Assembly (NCBI GenBank): GCA_950097015.1
Contig: CATNEN010000007.1
Coordinates: 8,122,001-8,186,000, forward strand
Direction of reading: 5' to 3'
Source of the DNA: Macrostomum hystrix
Lineage: Eukaryota > Animalia > Platyhelminthes
DNA length: 64,000 bases
Every line of letters begins with the position of its first letter. Positions within the stretch are counted from its first letter, which is position 1. The position numbers and the translations under genes were made by a program. Positions 15,561 through 27,150 of the stretch are shown here, piece after piece. Under the pieces are notes generated by a model. That model did no database searches and was not told the DNA's origin. It worked only from the letters and a program-made list of their open reading frames with translations.

Positions 15561-15819
15561 CTAAGGACGTTAGAGTGTTGCTATAATTTTTGCCGGCTTT
15601 TTGATTAAAATACAAACAGCAATTAAGTTATAAAATAAAAAGGGCTTTCAAAGCTACTGATAGTAGTCTGTTAGATAAAAGTATGATTTCATTTGATTGA
15701 TGTCTTAATTAAAGTAATGCAAACGTAGTTCATTTATTTAAAATATTCCATCGGACTTCGGCACCTGCTTTGTTTTTTTCTGCTGCTGAAAACACGCTCG
15801 AATATACCCCTATTTATTT

Positions 15820-16568
15820 GTTCAGGGCTAGTGTCTCCCGCTAGCCCCCAGGTGTTCAGGGCTAGTGTCTCACGCTAGCTCCCAGATGTTCAGGGCTAGT
15901 GTCTTCCGCTAGCCCCCAGGTGTTCAGGGCTAGTGTCTCCCACTAGCCCCCAGATGTTCAGGCTAGTGTCTCCCGCTAGCTCCCAGATGTTCAGGGCTAG
16001 TGTCTCCCGCTAGCTCCCAGGTGTTCAGGGCTAGTGTTTCCCGCTAGCTCCCAGTTGTTCAGGGCTAGTGTCTCCCGCTAGCTCCCAGATGTTCAGGGCT
16101 AGTGTCTCCCGTTAGCCCCCAGATGTTCAGGGCTAGTGTCTCCCACTAGCCCCCAGATGTTCAGGGCTAGTGTCTCTCGCTAGCTCCCAGTTGTTCAGGG
16201 CTAGTGTCTCCCGCTAGCTCCCAGATGTTCAGGGCTAGTGTCTCCCGCTAGCTCCCAGATGTTCAGGGCTAGTGTCTCCCGCTAGCTCCCAGATGTTCAG
16301 GGCTAGTGTCTCCCGCTAGCCCCCAAGTGTTCAGGGCTAGTTTCTCCCGCTAGCTCCCAGATGTTCAGGGCTAGTGTCTCCCGCTAGCTCCCAGATGTTC
16401 AGGGCTAGTGTCTCCCGTTAGCCCCCAGATGTTCAGGGCTAGTGTCTCTCGCTAGCTCCCAGATGTTCAGGGCTAGTGTCTCCCGCTAGCTCCCAGATGT
16501 TCAGGGCTAGTGTCTCCCGCTAGCCCCCAGATGTTCAGGGCTAGTGTCTTCCGCTAGCTCCCAGGGCT
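15820..16568. repeat. Minisatellite, 34-bp hairpin-forming unit gttcagggctagtgtctcccgctagctcccagat, about 22 copies
   Basis: Visible array; each unit has inverted arms gggctagtg / cRYtagcYc. Confidence 0.95.
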
Positions 16569-17428
16569 ATTGTGTGTCGTTAGCTCCCACTATTGAGACC
16601 TTGCACTGTAGATTCTAAAAAGCGATATGCGTGTCTGTAATAAATTATGTTTCAAATAGCATTGTGATTTTTATGAGTCTGTCACAATGTCTGTCAGACA
16701 TTGGTGTTTGTGGTTTGCACAAGTTGTTCTTGTATTCTTTTTTTTCTGGCAGTTCTTATTTGTTTCTTTCACTGCTAGAGAGAAAACAATTCCAGGAAAA
16801 GTTGGTTGAGCTGGTTAATTATTGCAAACTGCTGCCTGCACTGGGTGGCGGGTTTCCGCGAGTAGGCGCAAACAAAACCTGCCTGGACACTTGTGTCTCC
16901 TCTGCTCAGGTCAGCTCGTGTTGGGGGTCCCTCTGAGCGGAAACGTGCCGCGAGTTTGCAGCTGTACAATAGACGCTTCCATCCGACTGTTATTAGTTCT
17001 GTCCATTGTACCCACCTGGCACTGCTGTCTGGCCTATAGCGCCTATTTCCGTAAATAGGTTTGGCCTCAGACAGAAAATTAGTTTTTTGTTATCATCGCA
17101 CATTTATTCTATTTCAATATTTAAAGCAGTTTGAAGTTCCAAAGTTAAAATTGTATCTCTAATTGTTTGACTCGACCTGAGTGATCTAAGTGATGTTTAT
17201 TTAAAAAAAATAAGCTACAGGTAACCGTTATTGTTATTATAGAGAAAATAATATTATAATAATTGGCAGCTGTACTTTTAAAACTAAAATTTAAAGGATA
17301 TAGAAAAAAATGATGCTGCATCTGCAGAGTGAAATTTTGTTGCTGAAACTGCTAGTAATCTAGCGCAGAGTTTGAGTGGACTTTTTGGTTAAGATTCCGG
17401 AGATTCAGCGTCAACGCCCCGACGGTGG

Positions 17429-20400
17429 TCACTTCAGGTAGATCAGGAACCTGTCAGCGTAGAAGGCATTGCCCTGGCTGTACTTCTTGCCTGGCGCCTT
17501 AGAGTACACGAGAGCCGGCGCCGAGCCGCTCCAGCCCTTCTTGGCCCAGCCGCACGGGTCCCTGGCGTCCGACACCGCCCAGAAGCCGATGTCACCGGCG
17601 CAGCCTCCGTAGACTTTGTTGATGAAGAAGGTGCGCTTCACGCCGCGATCGCCGGCGACGGAGAAGAAGTTGAAGCCGGTGCGTCCCAACCTGTACGGAT
17701 AGGAGGACACCAGCCGGGCCGGCGTGAACCAGTTCACCATGCCGACGGCCTTCGAGTGCTTGGAGACGTCGAACACCACCTGGGCGACCCTGCGACCGTC
17801 TGAGCGCATCTCGGCCACAATCCGCTTGTAGCCAGTGTGCGCGATTGTGAAGGCCAGGGCGTCCAGCTGGTCCGAGCGGTACAGGTCCGGCAGGGACTTG
17901 TCCACCGGGACGTCGCTCGGGCCCTTGGTCTTGAAAGTTTGAAACACCTCCTTGCCGATGTTGCTCTTGATGGTGTACAGCAGGGCCTTGTGTCCCTCTG
18001 GAAGGTGGGCAGTCAGGTGACTCTAGCTGAGCCATGATGTGCAGAGTGAACCAGGGTTCTGAGTTAGTTCAATATTTTAATCGCTCTCAGAGAATAGGTG
18101 GCCTCAAAGGCACAGCGGGAGAAATTCAGGGCAGGTGTACGCTCGTACACCCGTCAGTACATCGTGTACGCTTGCGGTCTCGGGGTCAGTGGAATGGGTC
18201 GCACAGCCGTCGCAATACTCTTCGCATCCAATTCTTGTGTACACCTGTTAGGTCCATGGACTGAAGAGGGGCCACCGTACACATTCAAATATCCACCTCC
18301 ACGCATTTCACGGGTCGCAGCTTTATAAAGTGAAGCAATGGAAAATTTATGAGAAAAATTTCCGAACTCCAGATTCGAACTCCGGATCTTTCGGTTAGAA
18401 GCTCTGAGCTCTGGGCAACAAACTCCTCAATATTAGTGAGCCGTTCAGCTTACCAAAATGGAAGAGCGGAATCTTGACCGGACCAGGCTTGGGCACTTCT
18501 TTCCTGCAATGGAGGTGGTGTACAGTGCCTAAATGAGCCCTGGCTCTATTGACAATCAGACCAGAGCCGAGAGCACTCACGCCAGGTAGACCAATAGCCT
18601 GTCTGCGTAGAAGGCGTTGCCCTCGCTGAACTTCTTTCCGGGCACCTTGGAGTATATCAGAGTGGGCGCCGAGCCGTGCCAGCCCTTGTTGGCCCAGGCG
18701 CAGGGGTCGCGGATGTCGGAGACCACCCAGAAGCCGATGTCGCCTCCGCAGCCTCCGTAGACGCTGTTGATGAAGAATGTCCGCTGGACGCCGCGGTCTC
18801 CGGCAACTGAGAAGAAATTGAAGCCACTGCCGCTGAGCTGGTAGGGGAATGAGGAGACCAGGCGTTTGCGCGAGAACCAGTTCACCGTGTTCAGTGACTT
18901 TGTGTCCCTGGAAACGTCGAACACCACCTGTGCCACCATCTTGCCGTCTGTGCGCATCTCAACGACCATCAGCTTCAAGCCGGTTCGGTGGATGAGCGTT
19001 GGCAGAGTGTCCAGCTGGTTGGAGCGATACAGGCCTGGCAGGGACCCGTCGCTGGGAATAACATCGTGTGCGCGCGATCTGAACGAGCTGTAGGCCGTCT
19101 TGCCGATGTTGCTCTTGATGGTGTACAGGAGAGCCTTGTTGCCCTCTGAAATGGTGGCACAGTTGCGTCAGGTTCTTGTCGGTCTCAGGGTCGAAGTCGC
19201 GGTCGATTGCAATAAAACTAACTTACCGAATCGGAAGATCGGTATGGGAAGCAGAGGAGGCGCTGAGACATGGTTCCTAGGAGAAGAGATACGCTCGTAA
19301 AGAGCCAAAATTATTGGTCATTTTCGAAAGCTTTGAATCTAAAAATGTTGGAACTCACGTCAGGTACACGAGGAATCGGTCTGCATAGAAGGCGTTGCTC
19401 TGGTCGTACTTTATGTTAGGCACCTGCGAGTACACCAGCACAGGGGCGGAGCCACGCCAGCCCTTGTTGGCCCAGGCGCACAGGTCTTTGTGGTCCGAGA
19501 CCAGCCAGAATCCCACATCGCCGAGGCAGCCGCCGTATATGTTGTTGATAAAGAAGATCCTTTTCAGAGCCTGGTCTCCGGCAAACGAAAAGAAGTTAAA
19601 TCCTGTCTTCTTCAGTGCGTAGGGGAAGGATGAGACTATGCGGGCTGGTGAGAACCAGTTGGTGAGGCTCAGGGCCTTGGTGTTCGAGGACACATCGAAC
19701 ACCACCTGGGCCACAACCCTGTCTCCGACTCGCATTTCGGTCACAATGTGCCGTAGGCCGGACCTTTCTACGGCGTTGGCCAGGGTGTCCAGCTGGTCCG
19801 ACCGGTACAGGTTTGGTAACGACCTGTCTGACGGGATTTCATTGTTGCCCCTAGTCCTGAAGGTGGAGTAGACAGTCTCTCCTATGCTGCTCTTGATGGT
19901 GTACAGCAAGTTCTTGTTCTTTTCTGTGGTTTGAAACGGTGCCTGGGCAGATTATTGTTTTGGAAATCTGAAAAACCAAAATAGTGTGGCATTCAGTCTC
20001 ACCGAATTGGAACACCGGGGGCAGCACGGGGTGCGGCTTCGGTGGCTCCGTCCTGAATAGCAAAGGATTCCAGCTGATATTATGTACAAAACAAAAGACA
20101 ATCCACAGAGGCTTTGGACAATGTCTTACGTCAGGTACACAATGAACCGGTCGGCGTAGAAGGCGTTGCCTTCGGAGTACTTCTTGCTGGGCACCTCGGA
20201 GTACACCAGCACAGGGGCGGAACCGCGCCAGCCCTTGTTGGCCCATTCGCACACGTCCTTGTTGTCAGAGACCACCCAGAACCCGACGTCTCCCCCGCAG
20301 CCTCCGTACACATTGTTGATGAAGAAGGAGCGCTTAAGACCTTGGTCCCCGATGGCCGAGAAGAAGTTGTAGCCAGCCGTCTTTAACTCGTACGGAAAAG

Positions 20401-22205
20401 AGGAGACCATGCGGGCAGGTGTGAACCAGTTCATGAGGGTCAAGGATTTTGAGTTCGTGGACACGTCGAACACCACCTGGGCCACGACCCTGTTGCCGGT
20501 CCGCATCTCGGCGACAATCTTGCCGTGCCCGGACCGCTTGATGGCGAAAGGCAGGCTGTCAAGCAGACTCGAGCGATATAGATTCGGCAGCGGACCGTCC
20601 GACGGGATCTCAGCGGTGCCCTTGGTGGAATACGTAGCGAACGCGGTCTGTCCGATATTGCTCTTGATAGCGAAGAGCAGGACCTTGCCTCGCTCTGCAG
20701 GTGCGGTAGGAGAACTGTATTGTCTTTCCTGGTGCAAATTCTATTTAAGCTGTTCACTTACCGAATCGATAAAACGGATACGGTACAGGATGCGGCATCG
20801 GCAGTTTCTTTCTAAAAATGTTTATTTTTAACACAGCTGCTTAGTTGGAACCAAGGTTCGCATGCTAAAATGGACTTACGTCAGATAGACCAGGAATCTA
20901 TCAGCGTAGAATGCGTTTCCTTGACTGTACTGGATTCCAGACACCTGCGAGTACAAAAGCACAGGTGCGGAACCATGCCAGCCCCTGTTGGCCCATTCGC
21001 ACAGGTCTTTGTGATCGGAGACCACCCAGAACCCGATGTCACCCAGGCAGCCACCGTAGACTTTGTTGATGAAGAAGGTCCGCTTCAGACCCTGGTCGCC
21101 TGCGACGGAGAAGAAGTTGAAGCCGGTCTTGCCAATCTCGTAGGGGAAAGACGACACGAGACGAGTCGGCGAAAACCAGTTCATGAGGTTGACTGTCTCC
21201 GCGTTTTTGGACACGTCGAAAGCGACCTGCGCCACAACCTGGCCGCGCTTGCGCATCTCGGCCACAATCAGCTTGTATTCGCCGATGTGCGAGCTGAGGC
21301 TGTCCAGCTGGTCCGAGCGGTAGAGACTCGGCAGCGACTTGCGAGACGGGATGACGCGCTGGCCCTTCTTAATGTAAGTGGCGTGAACGGTCTGCCCGAT
21401 GTTGCTCTTGATGGTGTACAGCAGGGCCTTGCCGTCCTCTGCAATTGCAAGGCAATGCTCAGTTGGCGGCGTGGGCAACTCAACTTTGCTATTACATGAA
21501 TTAATAACTAACAAGCTCAGACTCACCAAAATGAAAGGACTCAGCGGGCACCTCGCCAGACACACCGGAACGCCATTTGAAAATGAACTGGTGCTCGTGA
21601 ATGACGCCCACAATGGTGAACTCCAGAAAGCTGAACAGCCTCTCGCTTTGCGGATTGCTGGTGGCAAAGTAGCGCGCAATATGCGTACAAGCCTTCTTCT
21701 TGTGGCAGTAAAAGTGCAGCCAGAATTTGCCGTGCTTTCTGGCCACCGCGGCTTTGACACCGCGACACAGATGGCCACAAGCGATCCGTTGCACAAAGCG
21801 GCAGGCAATGAACTTCACGGGCAGGTTCGTCCACCGGATGCTAGCTGAGTGGGGCAGCGCGAAGTCGTTCTTGACGACCATTTCCAGACTTACGCGGTAG
21901 CGATGATGGTGTGGGTCGTGTTTAATGGCCGTGTCCTCCCCCATCACAATGCCCAACTGCGGCTCCACCACTCTGTAGCCGCGGAAGCTGTGGTACAGCA
22001 GCCTCACTCCGTTGTGCTCGTAACTGTGAGTGGCCGCTGCTGCCTCGCTAGCCGGGTCCTCCTCAGTTAAAATCTCCTCGTGGTCGGTTTCCGCTCCCTC
22101 CAGGGCTTCCAACAAGTCAAGTCCGTCCAGCTGATCGGAGTTCATTGTAGCTGCTGCTCCGGCGACGAGTAGGAGCAGCAGTCCAGCTGCTGTCAGATGT
22201 CTCAT
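17429..22205 (-). CDS. Large secreted protein (~1233 aa): signal peptide, N-terminal domain, five tandem ~187-aa domains separated by 16-aa Pro-rich linkers; 10 exons
   Basis: Exons 22205-21527, 21438-20880, 20811-20762, 20694-20130, 20052-20003, 19923-19359, 19276-19227, 19145-18581, 18503-18454, 17997-17429. All introns GT-AG, phases alternate 1/2 consistently, total 3702 nt = 1233 codons plus stop. MRHLTAAGLLLLLVAGAAA signal peptide. Confidence 0.88.
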
Positions 22206-22688
22206 GATTATATTAGATGCATAAAGTAAATTTAAAAAATTTTTCGACGTTAAGCGATAAAGTCTTGAGTTTCAACACGAAGTTTCGAGAATTTAATTTG
22301 GCGCGACATACTGATTTCGAGGGGTGCTTTGATTTCTACCTTTAGTTTAAATTTTTCTTTTGATTAGCAAAGCAAGGCTTTTTACAAAATGTAAACGACA
22401 GACTATCAGACCATTACTACTACAAGATTTTTAATTTCGCCTCGTCAGTTCTTTGTTATTTCATTAGCATTACGTTAAAGTTTAATAAGCCGAAGATTTA
22501 TTCTCGACAATTCTAGATAAAAAAATAAGGTTTATATTCATCGTCGTTAATAACTACAAATTTAGTTGTATGTTTGTATATTTGTATAATATTTTTGTAT
22601 ATAAAGTCAAAGGTAAAATCGGTACACTAATAACTTGAAGACTACTGATAGCTGAATTTATTCGGCTATTTAATTATTTAAGATGAAA

Positions 22689-24840
22689 TCTATATCTATA
22701 AAAGTGAAAACTCTGTCTGTGTGTGTGTGTGTCTGTCTGTGTGTGTGCAACCTTTTGTCTTTATAGACGCCGAAACCGCTCAACCAAATCGCACCAACTT
22801 TGCACATACCTAAAACCACCTACGCTGAGTGCAATAGGCTACTCAAATTCCCGAAAAATCATTTCCTTCCTGCTCAAAAGTGCAAAAAACTGCTCAAAAA
22901 TCGTCAAAAAATCACTCAATTCGACATATCGTCGCCCCACTTTGTCAGATTTTCTCCAAATTTGATCCACTTACACTTTACATGTTTTCCAACAATGCTG
23001 TCAATTTTGAACATCTCTACTCAATCCAGAGCAAAGCTGCATCATCTCAAAGTGAGTCACTTTTTGTTTTCCGAGGACAGCCACCCCAACTCCCCTCCGC
23101 CACTCTGCGGGCCAAATTTTATTACAGCCACCCCCTCCCTTCCCCGGGCGCCGAAGCCCCAGACTGTACATTGTATTTCAAGCCGTGAATGTACACAGCC
23201 CAAACCCCTAGACTGTCTACTGGCCCCCAAGCAGCACTGAGACTGAGTGCGGTGAGTGCGGTGGCGTCCCAGTGCGCAGGGCTCTCCGGTCGATATTTCT
23301 CTCCAGCCAGCCTGGGATAAGAAGAAAGAGAGGCTGGCGTACAGTGCTTTGCTAAAATATACAGAGGCTTAGCCTCTCCCACTGAAGAGAAGAGAAAGAT
23401 TTTTCAACACAGGTCCCCTGTCATTCGGACTACTTCTAACTTTCGGATGCCACCTAAGAAAAGTTTTTTAAGTCGCTTCACTTTTGGTCAAGCGACCTGA
23501 TGGTTCGATATGCTGACGTTGACTGGCTGTCAGAGAGGGCAATTCTGTGTCCTAGAAATGATGCCGCCAACGAAATTAACTACCAACTGCTTCAGGAGTT
23601 GCCAGGTGCAGTTTTCACCTACAAGTCAATTGATACAACGTTGACTGATGACACCGCTGTGGAGTATCCTGTTGAGTTTCTGAACTCTCTAGATCCTCCT
23701 GGAACTCCATCGCACAACTTGCAGCTGAAAGTTGGGGCACCAATTATGCTCCTCCGCAACCTGAATGCGCCAAGGCTGTGTAACGGCACCAGACTGATAG
23801 TCAGGCGGCTCTTCCCACACGTGATTGAGGCCACGATAATGACTGGATCTGGCAGAGGAGAGTCTGTGTTTGTTCCCCGGATTCCAATTATCCCCACGGA
23901 CCTGCCATTTCAGTTCAAGCGACTGCAGTTCCCTGTGAGAGTGTGCTTTGCGATGACTATTAACAAGGCTCAGGGACAGTCGCTGAAGGTGGCTGGCATC
24001 AACCTGGAGACTCCTTGCTTCTCGCATGGGCAGCTTTATGTCGCCTGCTCCCGTGTTGGAACTCCAGCTGGCCTATTCATTTTCGCACCAAGGGGAAGAA
24101 CGAAGAATGTGGTGTATCCCCAGGCCTTGAGGTGACTCGCAAGCAATTAATAGAAAAGTAGTCACGAATTGACCTTGACCTGTCTAACTCTGAACTCTGA
24201 AACAGTTTAATTTTGTTTCTTTGACATTGTTATTGTTATGCCATGGCTATTTTCCTTATGTATACGCGTGTACATGCATACTGTATACAGAGGCAGATTT
24301 AGGGGGGGGGCGTGGGGGCAGTCGCCCCCCTAAATTTTAATCATGGGAATATGATGCCCCCACCAGGGGCCGCTGGCGCCCCTTTTTCAGCCGCTGGCGC
24401 CCCTTTTTCAGCCGCTGGCGCCCCTTTTTCAGCCGCTGGCGCCCCTTTTTCAGCCGCTGGCTCCCGTTTTTCAGCCGCTGGCGCCCTTTCTTGCCTCCTG
24501 GCGCCCTTTTTCGGCCGCTGGCACCCCCTCTGTGATTCTCATGGCGCTCCCCTGACAGACCGCCCCAAAACAAAATTCCTGGATCTGCCACTGACTGTAT
24601 AGAGGAGTGGCTAAGAGACATGTTTCTAAAGAAGTAATCAAGAGGGGGCTGTTTGGACAAACTTTTCACTTATTTTTTACTTAAAACGCCCTTAAACAAA
24701 CTCTTCACTTTTCATTAATGCAGTTAATAAATAAATGGTGACCTTCAGTGTCCTTCACTATAAAGTCAATACAGAGACGTGAATTGCTTACTGCTTTGCT
24801 TTAAATTTCTGCCCCAAAAACAACGGGCAAAAAAAGCTAG
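22689..24840 (+). mobile_element. Non-autonomous Helitron copy 1 (internally deleted; retains PIF1-type helicase C-terminus at 23500-24135)
   Basis: A|TC 5' end, subterminal TCTG/TG microsatellite, 3' hairpin tgccc..gggca (24810-24829) then CTAG|T. ORF contains RAILCPRN, LKVGAPIMLLRNL..LCNGTRL, FKRLQFPV..FAMTINKAQGQSL, FSHGQLYVACSRV. Confidence 0.93.
24288..24593. mobile_element. hAT-type MITE nested in Helitron copy 1
   Basis: Imperfect TIRs cagaggcagatttagg / cctggatctgccactg; perfect 8-bp TSD actgtata (24280-24287 and 24594-24601); internal 21-bp tandem repeats. Confidence 0.85.
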
Positions 24841-25231
24841 TACTTATTTAAAAATAACTTTACATTTGTACTCTACAAGTTAATTTCAAAGCAAATCAAA
24901 TAAATCAATATTTATGGTTAAAACAGAAAATTGAAATATTTTATGCAGCAAAAAGTAATTCAAGGACAATATACTAATGAAAAGATCCAGTATTTTTGTA
25001 ATTCTTACTCAGAAGGACTGAATTATGGTAATGGAGCTTTCGGTTTTAATAAACTTTTATTTAATATACCATTAGTTACTTCAGCAACTAAAAAAACTAA
25101 GAAACTAATTCTTGAAATTACAATAATCTAAATTTGTATAATCACAAATAGAAGAGATAAAAAGGCACTACATCCTTATATTTACGAAGACACACATAAT
25201 ACATACGCTCGATCGTATATATATATATATA

Positions 25232-27150
25232 CTAGCTTTTTTGGCCCGTTGTTTTTTGGGGGCAGAAATTTAAAGCAAAGCAGTAAGCAATTCACGTCTC
25301 TGTATTAACTTTATAGTGAAGGTCACCATTTATTTATTTACTGCATTAATGAAAAGTGAAGAGTTTGTTTAAGGGCGTTTTAAGTAAAAAATAAGTGAAA
25401 AGTTTGTCCAAACAGCCCCCTCTTGATTACTTCTTTAGAAACATGTCTCTTAGCCACTCCTCTATACAGTCAGTGGCAGATCCAGGAATTTTGTTTTGGG
25501 GCGGTCTGTCAGGGGAGCGCCATGAGAATCACAGAGGGGGTGCCAGCGGCCGAAAAAGGGCGCCAGGAGCCAAGAAAGGGCGCCAGCGGCTGAAAAACGG
25601 GAGCCAGCGGCTGAAAAAGGGGCGCCAGCGGCCGAAAAGGTGGGGGGTGCATGGTGGGGGCATCTTATTCCCATGATTAAAATTTAGGGGGGCGACTGCC
25701 CCCCCGCCCCCCCCTAAATCTGCCTCTGTATACAGTATGCATGTACACGCGTAGACATAAGGAAAATAGCCATGACATAACAATAACAATGTCAAAGAAA
25801 CAAAATTTAACTGTTTCAGAGTTCAGAGTTAGACAGGTCAAGGTCAATTCGTGACTACTTTTCTATTAATTGCTTGCGAGTCACTTCAAGGCCTGGGGAT
25901 ACACCACATTCTTCGTTCTTCCCCTTGGTGCGAAAATGAATAGGCCAGCTGGAGTTCCAACACGGGAGCAGGCGACATAAAGCTGCCCATGCGAGAAGCA
26001 AGGAGTCTCCAGGTTGATGCCAGCCACCTTCAGCGACTGTCCCTGAGCCTTGTTAATAGTCATCGCAAAGCACACTCTCACAGGGAACTGCAGTCGCTTG
26101 AACTGAAATGGCAGGTCCGTGGGGATAATTGGAATCCGGGGAACGAACACAGACTCTCCTCTGCCAGATCCAGTCATTATCGTGGCCTCAATCACGTGTG
26201 GGAAGAGCCGCCTGACTATCAGTCTGGTGCCGTTACACAGCCTTGGCACATTCAGGTTGCGGAGGAGCATAATTGGTGCCCCAACTTTCAGCTGCAAGTT
26301 GTGCGATGGAGTTCCAGGAGGATCTAGAGAGTTCAGAAACTCAACAGGATACTCCACAGCGGTGTCATCAGTCAACGTTGTATCAATTGACTTGTAGGTG
26401 AAAACTGCACCTGGCAACTCCTGAAGCAGTTGGTAGTTAATTTCGTTGGCGGCATCATTTCTAGGACACAGAATTGCCCTCTCTGACAGCCAGTCAACGC
26501 CAGCCTCTCTCTTTCTTCTATCCCAGGCTGGCTGGAGAGAAATATCGACCGGAGAGCCCTGCGCACTGGGACGCCACCGCACTCACCGCACTCAGTCTCA
26601 GTGCTGCTTGGGGGCCAGTAGACAGTCTAGGGGTTTGGGCTGTGTACATTCACGGCTTGAAATTCAATGTACAGTCTGGGGCTTCGGCGCCCGGGGAAGG
26701 GAGGGGGTGGCTGTAATAAAATTTGGCCCGCAGAGTGGCGGAGGGGAGTTGGGGTGGCTGTCCTCGGAAAACAAAAAGTGACTCACTTTGAGATGATGCA
26801 GCTTTGCTCTGGATTGAGTAGAGATGTTCAAAATTGACAGCATTGTTGGAAAACATGTAAAGTGTAAGTGGATCAAATTTGGAGAAAATCTGACAAAGTG
26901 GGGCGACGATATGTCGAATTGAGTGATTTTTTGACGATTTTTGAGCAGTTTTTTGCACTTTTGAGCAGGAAGGAAATGATTTTTCGGGAATTTGAGTAGC
27001 CTATTGCACTCAGCGTAGGTGGTTTTAGGTATGTGCAAAGTTTGGTGCGATTTGGTTGAGCGGTTTCGGCGTCTATAAAGACAAAAGGTTGCACACACAC
27101 AGACAGACACACACACACACAGACAGAGTTTTCACTTTTATATATATAGA
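25232..27150 (-). mobile_element. Non-autonomous Helitron copy 2 (helicase C-terminus 25881-26499)
   Basis: Near-identical reverse complement of copy 1 with a different 5' deletion junction; CTAG at 25232-25235 and TC at 27149-27150. Confidence 0.93.
25471..25728. mobile_element. Same hAT-type MITE inside Helitron copy 2 (fewer internal repeats)
   Basis: Same TIRs; TSD tatacagt at 25463-25470 and 25729-25736. Confidence 0.85.

Noticed and set aside
11545-16568. CRISPR-like arrays
   Set aside because: Units are contiguous with no unique spacers, there are no cas genes, and the context is eukaryotic.
17429-21438. Tandem array of five separate genes, Dscam-like mutually exclusive exons, or stop-codon readthrough
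   Set aside because: The phase mismatch between domain exons is fully resolved by four 50-nt linker exons with canonical splice sites, giving one continuous ORF.
23500-24135. Cellular PIF1 helicase gene or autonomous Helitron
   Set aside because: The fragment is bounded by Helitron termini; no copy has an intact Rep-helicase ORF, and copy 3 is frameshifted.
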